From Candidatus Rifleibacteriota bacterium (lineage in GTDB: Bacteria; Muiribacteriota; Ozemobacteria; Ozemobacterales; Ozemobacteraceae): a stretch of DNA of 15,966 nt. Each line of letters begins with the position of its first letter. Within the stretch, counting starts at the first letter, position 1. Both the position numbers and the translations under genes were made by a program. The stretch spans positions 1 to 15,966 of the forward strand of contig JBNJGH010000080.1 of the NCBI GenBank assembly GCA_051747585.1, written 5' to 3'. Shown one piece after another: positions 1 through 8,131 of the stretch. The notes below the pieces were generated by a model. The model did not search any database and was not told where the DNA came from. It saw only the letters and a list, made by a program, of their open reading frames with translations.

Positions 1-3000
1 TCGATAACTTCAACCTTCTCCTGCCTGGCAGGGATATCAATTATGGTAATAATTTTTTTCTCGCTGTCTTTGTGTTCCAGCAACAGTTTATCCAGATCAT
101 TCAAGTTGGCTTTAAGAAAGTCGATTTTCCAGGCTGCAATGATTTCGCATACCGTATCTTTAATTGCTTCATTGTCGCCGGCAAAAAGGATAAAAGCTTC
201 CTGCTCAAGATTCTGTTCACCTTCCGGAAGCTTGCCTATCAACTGTAGATCGACGGTGAACCAGATTCTGGTTCCTATTCCGCGAGCGCTCTCCACACTG
301 ATATTTCCATCCATCATCGAAACAAGTTCTTTACAAATTGTCAGCCCAAGACCTGTACCACCGAACCTGCGAGTAATAGAAGTATCTGCCTGGCTGAATT
401 TTTCGAAGACTTGTTGCTGTTGTTCTTCGGTCATACCTATTCCCGTATCTTTGACTATAAAGGTAAAAGAAGCGTTATCGGCATTACCTTCCTTTAAGTT
501 GGCCTGAACTTCAATACTGACAAACCCCTCCTCAGTAAATTTCACCGCATTATTTATCAGATTGGTTAAAATCTGTCGTATTCTTCCTCCATCAGCAACA
601 ACGTTTTCAGGTATATCCGGCGGATATCTGAGTATAAGCTCAACATGCTTCTTCTCTGCGAGCGGCTCCATCAAGCTTACAACTTCTTCAACAGTTTTCT
701 TCAAATTAATGTTAATTGGCTCGAGGGTAAACTTACCCGCTTCAATCTTTGATAGATCAAGCACCGCATTCAATATTCCGAGCAGAGAATGGGAAGATCG
801 GTAAATCAAGCTGGCAAATTCTTTTTGGCGATCATTTAAATCCGTGGCCAACAAAAGCTCAATCATACCTAGAATGCCATTCATCGGAGTTCTTATTTCG
901 TGAGACATATTTGCCAGAAAAGATGTTTTGGCCTGGCTTGCCATCTTAGCTTTGCGCGCCATTTCTTCGGCATTGTTGCGGGCCTGCAGCAGGTTTTCCT
1001 GCAGTTGCCTTGTCTCTGATATATCAAGAACAATACCGTAATAACGAACATTATCGAGTTCGGGATCTTTAACCTGAGTACCAATGTTAGCAAACCAGAC
1101 ATAATTACCATCAAACTTACGCAACCGGCATTCAAACCTGAGCTCTCTACCAGTCGCAATAAATTTACGAACCGCCATTCTTGCTATAGGCAGGTCTTCA
1201 GGATGAATTACCTGAAAAACTGACTCGATATTCGGAGAAAAAATTTCGGGATTATAGCCCAGCAGCTTTTTAACATGGCTCGACCAGTAGAACCTGTCTT
1301 CTTCGGGAACATATTCCCAGCTTGCGGCTCTGGCAGCAGTCAAGGCATGAACGTTACGGCTTTCTTCCATTCTAAGAGCCATTTCGCGCTCATGCTCGAG
1401 GCTCGTATTCCGGAAAAATCCAATCAGCTTAAGATGCCTGTGTCCCGAATCAAAATAATTGCGACCGATAAACGAATGCCAGACATACTTATCTTCGCTG
1501 CTACGCAGTCTGACTTCAAACTGGCAGGTTTCATTTCTTGCAATATCTTTAACCAGATAGCGATCTTCTTCGTGAATCAGATCGAAGCCCTTGCTGCGAG
1601 CAACCTCTATATCTTCAGAATCGATATAGCCGAGATTCTGGTAAAGATCGTCGGGGGTATTGTTAACCGAATCAAGAAAATTATACTCCCAGAGGAACAA
1701 GCCTGCTGAATCCAGGGCAAGTCTAAGACGGTCACGATAGTCAATCAGGCGTTTAAAGTTTTCGCTTCGCTCGATCATTGAGCCAAACATTTCAGCAGCC
1801 ATTTTAAGCGCAGCCAGTTCATAATCGTGCCAGTCGCGCTCTTCTGCTATAATTTGAACTTCCATGCAACCCCAAAAATCGCCAGAGACAAAAACAGGTA
1901 CAATCAATAAAGAGCCTATATTAAACCGGCCAAGCTGTTTCCTGAGCTCATCGGAATAGTCCATAATTGAATGACCAACTATCTGGTCGGCGAGAAGCCT
2001 CGAAAAATTTTTCTGAATAATTTCAGCAATAGCCTCTTTTGCATCCACACTACAGGGTTTATCGGAAAAACAACCAAAGCAGGCTATTTCACAACCAGCC
2101 TGATCATCCTTGCATCTGGAACGAACTATTCCAATTTTGTCAGCTTCAATAGCTTTACCCAGTGAGCCCAATGCCGATCCGAGGGTCTGTTCGATTGATT
2201 TGTCTGCGCCAATAACTCGATGGGCAGCTTCAGCAATTCCGGTAATAAGTTTTTCACGCTGTTTTTGAACCTGTCGGGCTTTATAATTGGCCGAAACATC
2301 TCTTATTATACCCAGAATTCTTCTTTCACCGGTTTCAACAAGCTGACAAGACACTTTGATAATTTCGCCGAAAATAGATTTTTGATCCGAAATAGGAAGT
2401 CTTTTAGTAAACTTTACCGTTTGTCCGCTGGCTTTGATCCTTTCATCACCCTCTGAAAAAGGCGAACCATCAGGAAAAATATCGCTTTCAGTCTTATTTG
2501 CTATCTCTTTTTCTTTGACATTGAAGGTTTCGGCAAAAGCCCGGTTACAAAGAATAAATTTTCCATCCTGGCTTTTAACAAATATAAGGTCAGGAATTGA
2601 ATCAATAAGATGGTTTAAAAAACTTTGTTGCTCCGTAAGTTCGTCTGTTACTCTTTTAAGCTTGAAGTTAAGCCTCATAAGCAAAAACAGTGCAGTGCCA
2701 AGCATAATAATTGCAATAAAAAACAATGCAAGCCATTTTCTGAGATTCTTTAAGGCAGTTCTAAAAAAAGAAACGTCTGAATCGAAAGGCTCTAATTGAA
2801 GAGTCTTCATTAACTGGTGAACTGGCGCATAATTAGCAGGAATACCCCATATTGTGTGCATTGTCCCGATGTCTTCGGTCATTTTGAACAACGCCATGGT
2901 TACTTTTTCCGCCAGCAGCTTTGATACCCCCGCACGTCGAGCAAGCGACCATTCCGGATACAGCCGGGTTGAGCAAAGAAACGGCAGCTCATGGGAAACG

Positions 3001-3668
3001 AATTCTTTACTTATGGTCAAATCATTCAGGTTAATTTTCCCTTTTTTGCTCATTTTCTCAAGTATTGAAGTTCTGCATATTCCAAATTCAGCTTTTTTGG
3101 CAAGAACCTCTTCGACCACTTTTTCACTATGATTGTAGTGGGAAAGTGCTGAACAATAGTTTTTTAAATCTATTCCTCTCTCGGCGAATTCGCGTGCTGC
3201 CGCAAGCCAGCCACCGATAGACAAAACCGATCCGGCAGCCACTTTTCGCCCCTTTATATCCCAGAGGTTTTTTATCGAATGATTATCGGATCGCCAGAAG
3301 ATAACAGAGCCATACAACTCTTCAAAGCCACGCAGGTCCTCACTCTGCCGTTTAAGAGTAGCAAGAACTGTCAATTGCCCTTCAAAAACAGCTTCCGCGC
3401 AAAAAATCGGGCTCGAAATAACAAAATCGACCTGCTCTTCTTTTATTGCTTTGTTAAGATCCAGCCAGGATAACTCGACCATCTCAAAATTGTAGAGAGG
3501 CAAGGCCTGTTTCAGCTTATCAAATGTTTTATGCCAGTCATAGTCCCAACCGCTCAAGCTTTCTTTGTGCAGAACCCCAATTTTTACGGTTCTGGCAGCA
3601 GAAAAAGTGGTTAAAGCAGAGAAAAATATCAGAACAAGAAGAAAAATTGTTTTATTTCTAAGCTTCAT
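1..3668 (-). CDS. Multi-sensor (probably hybrid) histidine kinase: PhnD/phosphonate-binding-like periplasmic domain, TM, PAS, GAF, PAS_3 x2, HisKA, HATPase_c; 3' end lies outside the window
   Basis: Manual translation from ATG at 3668 (MKLRNKTIFLLVLIFFSALTTFSAARTVKIGVL...) stays in one frame to the window edge, about 1222 codons. The ORF track misses it because no stop lies inside the window. Motifs: H-box FLANMSHEIRTPMNGILGM (His codon 900-902), N-box RIRQILTNLINNAVKFT, G1 VKDTGIGM, F/G2 FEKFSQADTSITRRFGGTGLGLTI; PAS starts LIDSIPDLIFVK, IHEEDR and IHPEDL; GAF SLLIVPVFVSGDFWG; TM WLALFFIAIIMLGTALFLLM near 2675-2735. Confidence 0.95.
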   Translation of the reverse strand, partial: MKLRNKTIFLLVLIFFSALTTFSAARTVKIGVLHKESLSGWDYDWHKTFDKLKQALPLYNFEMVELSWLDLNKAIKEEQVDFVISSPIFCAEAVFEGQLTVLATLKRQSEDLRGFEELYGSVIFWRSDNHSIKNLWDIKGRKVAAGSVLSIGGWLAAAREFAERGIDLKNYCSALSHYNHSEKVVEEVLAKKAEFGICRTSILEKMSKKGKINLNDLTISKEFVSHELPFLCSTRLYPEWSLARRAGVSKLLAEKVTMALFKMTEDIGTMHTIWGIPANYAPVHQLMKTLQLEPFDSDVSFFRTALKNLRKWLALFFIAIIMLGTALFLLMRLNFKLKRVTDELTEQQSFLNHLIDSIPDLIFVKSQDGKFILCNRAFAETFNVKEKEIANKTESDIFPDGSPFSEGDERIKASGQTVKFTKRLPISDQKSIFGEIIKVSCQLVETGERRILGIIRDVSANYKARQVQKQREKLITGIAEAAHRVIGADKSIEQTLGSALGSLGKAIEADKIGIVRSRCKDDQAGCEIACFGCFSDKPCSVDAKEAIAEIIQKNFSRLLADQIVGHSIMDYSDELRKQLGRFNIGSLLIVPVFVSGDFWGCMEVQIIAEERDWHDYELAALKMAAEMFGSMIERSENFKRLIDYRDRLRLALDSAGLFLWEYNFLDSVNNTPDDLYQNLGYIDSEDIEVARSKGFDLIHEEDRYLVKDIARNETCQFEVRLRSSEDKYVWHSFIGRNYFDSGHRHLKLIGFFRNTSLEHEREMALRMEESRNVHALTAARAASWEYVPEEDRFYWSSHVKKLLGYNPEIFSPNIESVFQVIHPEDLPIARMAVRKFIATGRELRFECRLRKFDGNYVWFANIGTQVKDPELDNVRYYGIVLDISETRQLQENLLQARNNAEEMARKAKMASQAKTSFLANMSHEIRTPMNGILGMIELLLATDLNDRQKEFASLIYRSSHSLLGILNAVLDLSKIEAGKFTLEPININLKKTVEEVVSLMEPLAEKKHVELILRYPPDIPENVVADGGRIRQILTNLINNAVKFTEEGFVSIEVQANLKEGNADNASFTFIVKDTGIGMTEEQQQQVFEKFSQADTSITRRFGGTGLGLTICKELVSMMDGNISVESARGIGTRIWFTVDLQLIGKLPEGEQNLEQEAFILFAGDNEAIKDTVCEIIAAWKIDFLKANLNDLDKLLLEHKDSEKKIITIIDIPARQEKVEVI

Positions 3669-3813
3669 CTATCAACCCTTCGGTATTAGCTTACTAAATT
3701 TCACAGCTTAAAACAAACTCACGAGCAAACCCTGTAACCATCAATCTGTTTGTAGAAAACGTTTCAAGACATTATTGTATTTTTTGTTATGTACTAAATT
3801 TGAGCATATCAAA

Positions 3814-3896
3814 GATTGCTTCGTCGTTCTGCTTCGCATAAAGCTTCGCAGAACTCCTCGCAATGACACCCTAAGCGGTCCCTGAGCGGTGTCAAA
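3814..3896. repeat. REP/palindromic-element-like sequence (GATTGCTTCGTCG...CTCCTCGCAATGAC) followed by a degenerate second motif (GGTCCCTGAGCGGTGTCAAAG)
   Basis: GC-rich island in an AT-rich intergenic region. Internal stem gttctgc (3826-3832)/gcagaac (3848-3854). The reverse strand reads GTCATTGCGAGGAG...CGACGAAGCAATC, which I recognise as a widespread small palindromic repeat type. Confidence 0.6.
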
Positions 3897-3986
3897 GTAA
3901 AGCAGTCTAAATGTCTTGAAACTCGCTAATATTACTAAATGGAATGGCACTAAGTTAAGAAGATATTTAAAGCACTGATAATTTAT

Positions 3987-4086
3987 TCGTGCTCAGCAAA
4001 GCGGTACTGGTAATCAGCGAGATCGTAAACGAATAATCAACATTTAAATCGATTACGATTAGGATTACGAGCACGAGCACGATTCG
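3987..4086. repeat. Imperfect inverted repeat built from hexamer units (gattac/gagcac)
   Basis: Hexamer run gattac-gattag-gattac-gagcac-gagcac-gattcg at 4051-4086. Complementary pieces lie upstream: tcgtgctc (3987-3994), gtaatc (4010-4015) and gatcgtaaacg (4021-4031). Confidence 0.6.
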
Positions 4087-4232
4087 CAAAATATTACTTT
4101 TTATCTTAGTGGCATTCATTACTAAAATGATAATTACTGCTCAACCACCTGAAGATTTGTCCAAATTTTTTTACAAAATTTCTGTTTGAAAATGCTTGAT
4201 AAAATGATGTAAGCGGGTATAGGATATAGTCT

Positions 4233-5597
4233 ATGAGTAAAGATAAAAAAAGTGTTAATTTGCCGGTATGTGAAGACATGGGATGCGAAGTCGAAAGCAA
4301 AGGAAAAAAATCAAAAGAAGATTTCAATCTCAGACCAGAAAAATCTAATTTTGAAAAATTAGTTTTAAAAATTATCTGGATAACGTTCTTCGTCTGTTTT
4401 GGGGTTTTTCTTTTTTTAACCTCAGAGAACGGCAGCCCAACTTGGCGAAAAGACAGCCTTGAAGTCGCCTCCAACACTTTAAACTGGCTTATTTTATCTT
4501 CTCATTCCGGAGCAACTACTCTACTTGACTTTTTATCCAAGCATCTTGTTTCGGCAATGATCCCTGCATTTTTCCTTGCAGCTGCAATATCTACCTTTTT
4601 CTCTAAAGAAACAATTATTTTAACAATAGGGAAAAAAGCCAGCCCATTTGTAAGTTACCCGATAGCGGCTTTTGCCGGCGCAATTCTAACCGTTTGCTCA
4701 TGCGGAGTTCTACCGATTTTCATGAGTCTGCTTCAAAGCGGAGCCGGTCTCGGGCCTGCAATTACTTTTCTTTATGCATCGCCGGCAATAAATTTGATCT
4801 CTTTAATTTACACATGGAAAATTCTGCCTTCTATGCTGGTAGCTCGCATAGTATCAGTTGCATTCTGCGGTATTATTATCGGCATTATCATGCAGAAGCT
4901 TTTTACTCATACCTCTGAAGAATTTGAACACGAAGAACCCGAAATCAAGCCTTCAAATCGCAAAGCCTGGCAAGAAGGTCTTTTCTTTATAATTCTGGTT
5001 TTTATTATGCTTACCTCAACTGATTTATTTCAGTCTTTCACCAGTCAGCTGGTTTCACCGGAACACTTTGCAGATCGTGGTGCTGAGATGGCTGCCAAAA
5101 CTGCAGAATTTGCAGGAAAAATGCTTGCGATTGGCATAGAGGTATTACTGGTTCTAGTTATACTTTGGCGTTGGTTTACCTGGAACGAAACGAGGAAATG
5201 GCTGAAACGCACTTATCGTCAGGCACGCAGGATCATACCCATGGTTGTGCTGGGTATTTTCTTTTCAGGGTTCCTTGGCGGGACCAGCTCTATCGTCAGT
5301 AATCTTGAACTCGTAGGCGACAACTCAATCTTCAGCAACCTTCTTTCTTCTCTAATCGGTTCATTTCTCTATTTCGGCTCAATTGTCGGTGTTAACGTTG
5401 TTGATCTATTCATGCGATGGGGCATGCACCCGGGCCCAGCCCTGGCGCTGCTACTCGCAGGCCCTTCGATCAGCCTGCCGAGCATTTTGGCGCTGACCCC
5501 GATTATGGGTAAAAAGCGAACCTTTGCATTTCTGGTTCTCGTATCACTTTTCAGTGCCGCAATGGGATTGATTTTCGGTTCATTTGCAACCGTTTGA
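4233..5597 (+). CDS. DUF318 / ArsP-family permease
   Basis: 454 aa with many TM segments and a two-half architecture. Family motifs: LTVCSCGVLP...GAGLGPAITFLYASPAIN and GMHPGPALALLLAGPSISLP. AGGA lies 8 nt upstream of the ATG. Confidence 0.88.
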   Translation: MSKDKKSVNLPVCEDMGCEVESKGKKSKEDFNLRPEKSNFEKLVLKIIWITFFVCFGVFLFLTSENGSPTWRKDSLEVASNTLNWLILSSHSGATTLLDFLSKHLVSAMIPAFFLAAAISTFFSKETIILTIGKKASPFVSYPIAAFAGAILTVCSCGVLPIFMSLLQSGAGLGPAITFLYASPAINLISLIYTWKILPSMLVARIVSVAFCGIIIGIIMQKLFTHTSEEFEHEEPEIKPSNRKAWQEGLFFIILVFIMLTSTDLFQSFTSQLVSPEHFADRGAEMAAKTAEFAGKMLAIGIEVLLVLVILWRWFTWNETRKWLKRTYRQARRIIPMVVLGIFFSGFLGGTSSIVSNLELVGDNSIFSNLLSSLIGSFLYFGSIVGVNVVDLFMRWGMHPGPALALLLAGPSISLPSILALTPIMGKKRTFAFLVLVSLFSAAMGLIFGSFATV

Positions 5598-5600
5598 TCC

Positions 5601-6227
5601 ATGAAAGATATCAAACTATATAAATTAATGAGTGGGCATGTTTTCCGCCCAATTTATCCGTATTTATGTGAATCGGCTTTTCAACGCAGCCGAATTCAAC
5701 CACAAGACGCTGAAGTTGTTGATTTAGGAGGCGGCTCGGGCCTATGGCTCGAAGCCATGTTTCAAAAAGGCATTAAAAAGGGCACTCTTGTAGATGTTTC
5801 CGCAGAGATGGTAGAAACTGCACAATCACTGCTTGGAGATAATTATTCTGAAGACAGGTTCGAGGCTTTGGTTGGCGGCGCAGACAACATACCTCTGCAA
5901 GATTCAAGCTGCAACCTGATTATTAGTCGCAGTTCGATGCATATGTGGTCCAATCTGGATAAATGCTGGCAGGAAATTTACCGCATATTGAAGAAAGGCG
6001 GATCAGCCTTTCTTGGCAGAGGCTACGGCCCTGATTTACCCGAAGAAATAAGGCGACAGGTAAAAGCCGACCGAAAAAAAATAAGAGCAAAAAAGGCTGA
6101 AATAGCAAAAGAAGAACCCCCATCTCCCGATCCTTTCGAGCTTGGAGCAAAGGTTTACCGCCTTGGGTTCAAAGAAGTCTCTATTATCAGAGATGCCAGA
6201 GCCTGGTGGATTCTGGCAATAAAATAA
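5601..6227 (+). CDS. Class I SAM-dependent methyltransferase (Methyltransf_11-like)
   Basis: Motif I VVDLGGGSG, acidic LVDVSAEMV, IPLQDSSCNLIISR and EIYRILKKGG. Starts 3 nt after the permease stop. Confidence 0.9.
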   Translation: MKDIKLYKLMSGHVFRPIYPYLCESAFQRSRIQPQDAEVVDLGGGSGLWLEAMFQKGIKKGTLVDVSAEMVETAQSLLGDNYSEDRFEALVGGADNIPLQDSSCNLIISRSSMHMWSNLDKCWQEIYRILKKGGSAFLGRGYGPDLPEEIRRQVKADRKKIRAKKAEIAKEEPPSPDPFELGAKVYRLGFKEVSIIRDARAWWILAIK

Positions 6228-6254
6228 GCCTGAGATTCAGTAAAGGGCTTTTTT
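6226..6254. terminator. Possible weak terminator between convergent genes
   Basis: aagcc...ggctt followed by a T run in the 25-nt gap between convergent stops. The stem is short and the loop large. Confidence 0.25.
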
Positions 6255-6858
6255 AATCTTTCTGATAATATTCGATTTCGCCCTGACAAACCAGGCACTT
6301 TTTCTGCCCCTCTTTTACAGCCAGAAAAGACTCTTTGCATCCTTCACAAAGGGCCGCAGGGTACATGGGGGGCTTGCCATGATCCAGAACTTTCACCTTT
6401 TCCCAGGCAAAAATACTGTAATCGAGGCTATTGAATTCATTCATGATTTTCTGGCCTGAAGCCCTTCGCTTGGGTCCGCCATTTTTTATTTCAGGGCTTC
6501 TTTTTCTTAAAAAGAATTTTGCCATTTCCGGAGTCTTTTCTGAATCGATTTTGTCGTAATCCAGGTAAACCCTGATTCCTCGGCCATCATGGCGATCATA
6601 AAGGGTAAAGGCAAAACGACCCAGATTATCAAATATTCTCAGGTATTTATTGCCATAGGTGCATCCCGCCATAATCTGCAAAACATCAACAAGACAGGAT
6701 CTTCCTTCGCAAACAGCGTTAATTTTGTCTTTTACGGATCCGAGTTTTTCAAGAGCAAGCGAAACCATTTCTACACCTATCGGAATAGCGGGAGCTCTTT
6801 TTGTGTGAAAAGCAAAAATCTTTTCGACAAGTTCCTCTTTTTGTTTTGAATCTAACAT
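6253..6858 (-). CDS. FmdE (formylmethanofuran dehydrogenase subunit E)-family protein with C-terminal C4 zinc finger
   Basis: FHTKRAPAIPIG, VCEGRSCLVDVLQIMAGCTYGNKYL, GRFAFTLYDR...GIRV and C-terminal CEGCKE...CLVCQG. Start placed at 6858 (MLDSKQ) because AAGGAG precedes it. The track's 6876 ATG (ATGA overlap with the upstream gene) is the alternative. Confidence 0.85.
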   Translation of the reverse strand: MLDSKQKEELVEKIFAFHTKRAPAIPIGVEMVSLALEKLGSVKDKINAVCEGRSCLVDVLQIMAGCTYGNKYLRIFDNLGRFAFTLYDRHDGRGIRVYLDYDKIDSEKTPEMAKFFLRKRSPEIKNGGPKRRASGQKIMNEFNSLDYSIFAWEKVKVLDHGKPPMYPAALCEGCKESFLAVKEGQKKCLVCQGEIEYYQKD

Positions 6859-6872
6859 ATTGTTCTCCTTTT

Positions 6873-7637
6873 TCATTCCGTGCTGTCATTATTTTCATTC
6901 TGACTTTTCTGTTCATTACCGAGCTTTTCATTCAACTTTTTATAAGAATCCTCAACAAGCATCAAAGCCATCTTTACTTTAAAATTCATTTTATCTTCGA
7001 GATTATTACAATTTTCTTTGAGTTTAGCAATATAATCATTCATGGAATAAGTGAGAGCTTTCTTATCCTCATCCAACAACTCTTTTAATTCCATAAGATT
7101 CTTTTCTATATGTTCTATTTCGTTTTTAAAAGCTGACAAATCCTGATTTTTGTAATGCATATTCAGCTTTTGCAAGCCGGTTGAAATCTGGTAATGTCTT
7201 TCTCCTTCCGGCGACTTGGGCATATATTCAAATAGAACAGTAATATTTTTTGAGAATTCAAGAACCTGGTTATGAGACCTGCTCAGATCGTTTTCATTCA
7301 TAGATCGGTTAATTTCACCGATTTTATCGGCAAGCTTTTTGAACTTATTTTTCCAGTTTTTATCTTTTTTAGCCCAATCCGGCGGATACTGACTGAAATT
7401 ATTGTCAAAACTTATCCATTTGTTCATCAATTCTTTTAAAACCGGACGAGCAGATTCTATTGAGGAAATGTTTTTACCAATTTTAACCGAAAGCTCAACC
7501 AGTTTCGAAGTATTTTCAACAAAAGAGTCAGTAACTGTTTTGTTTGACATCAAAGAAATAAGATTTGTATCACAGGCATATAGCTTGAATGGACACAATA
7601 AAGCGAAGGCCAGCAAAACTGAAAATAAAGTTTTCAT
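6873..7637 (-). CDS. Exported hypothetical protein, predicted all-helical
   Basis: 254 aa with signal peptide MKTLFSVLLAFALLCPFKLYA|CD, amphipathic helical pattern and GGAG upstream of the ATG. Abuts the FmdE-family gene. Confidence 0.8.
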   Translation of the reverse strand: MKTLFSVLLAFALLCPFKLYACDTNLISLMSNKTVTDSFVENTSKLVELSVKIGKNISSIESARPVLKELMNKWISFDNNFSQYPPDWAKKDKNWKNKFKKLADKIGEINRSMNENDLSRSHNQVLEFSKNITVLFEYMPKSPEGERHYQISTGLQKLNMHYKNQDLSAFKNEIEHIEKNLMELKELLDEDKKALTYSMNDYIAKLKENCNNLEDKMNFKVKMALMLVEDSYKKLNEKLGNEQKSQNENNDSTE

Positions 7638-7779
7638 ATTTTTCTCCGGTCATTTTTATTTAATTCTATCATAATTAACAGCGTTTTTAATTTTGCGAAA
7701 CCAGGGATTCTCGGTCAATTATTATTAGCTGGTTACAAAAAGTTCTGGTTTTATTTCTTTCTGTCAAATGTAGAATTTA

Positions 7780-7988
7780 AACCACTGAGGCCACCGAGGG
7801 CACAGAGTTGATTTTTTAATCTTTTTCAGCCAGGATTTGTCCTGTGGACAAATAGCCGGCGGTTTCATCGCCCGGCTTTTCCTTCTTCAGCAAGCCTTCA
7901 GAAAAACACGAGTGCTTTTCTGAAGGCTTGCTGAAGAAGGAAACAATGGCTGAAAAAATTCTCTGTGTTCTCTTTGCGCTCTGTGGTT
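7780..7988. repeat. Nested composite palindromic element (outer imperfect IR, 11-bp inner stem, three internal hairpins)
   Basis: Outer arms 7780-7807/7961-7988 (21 of 28 complementary); 7822-7832/7947-7957 perfect 11 bp; hairpins at 7835-7853 (8 bp) and 7854-7877; perfect 28-bp stem at 7878-7905/7916-7943. Confidence 0.9.
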
Positions 7989-8091
7989 ATTTTCTTTGTG
8001 GCTTTGAGACTTGGTGTGAGGAATATTCTTTTCGAAAACCAACTGATAGACGCTTACCGAGAATTGCTGTTGCGAAATTCTCTAAATAGCG

Positions 8092-8119
8092 TTGGAATTT
8101 TTTCTGCTATTATTATAAT
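8092..8119 (+). promoter_or_regulatory. Candidate sigma70 promoter for the pilin-like operon
   Basis: TTGGAA (8092-8097), 16-nt spacer, TATAAT (8114-8119), ending 12 nt before ATG 8132. No clear Shine-Dalgarno. Confidence 0.4.
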
Positions 8120-8131
8120 GATATAGTACGT

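Noticed and set aside
43..3473. Numerous short ORFs in the track (e.g. 43..507, 1275..1709, 2434..2799)
   Set aside because: Antisense or off-frame shadows of the histidine kinase gene.
3741..3950. 69-aa minus-strand ORF
   Set aside because: Largely a translation of the palindromic repeats (VSLRGVLRSFMRSRTTKQS); no other coding support.
5601..6227. Arsenite methyltransferase ArsM
   Set aside because: Although next to an ArsP-family permease, it is short and its three cysteines do not follow the ArsM catalytic pattern.
7780..7988. CRISPR array, tRNA or simple terminator
   Set aside because: No direct repeat-spacer periodicity, no tRNA T/D-loop consensus and too long. It lies between divergent starts, where no terminator is needed.
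4223..8127. GATATAGT just before two start codons (4223-4230 and 8120-8127)
   Set aside because: An 8-mer in AT-rich DNA with different spacing to the ATG; plausibly chance.
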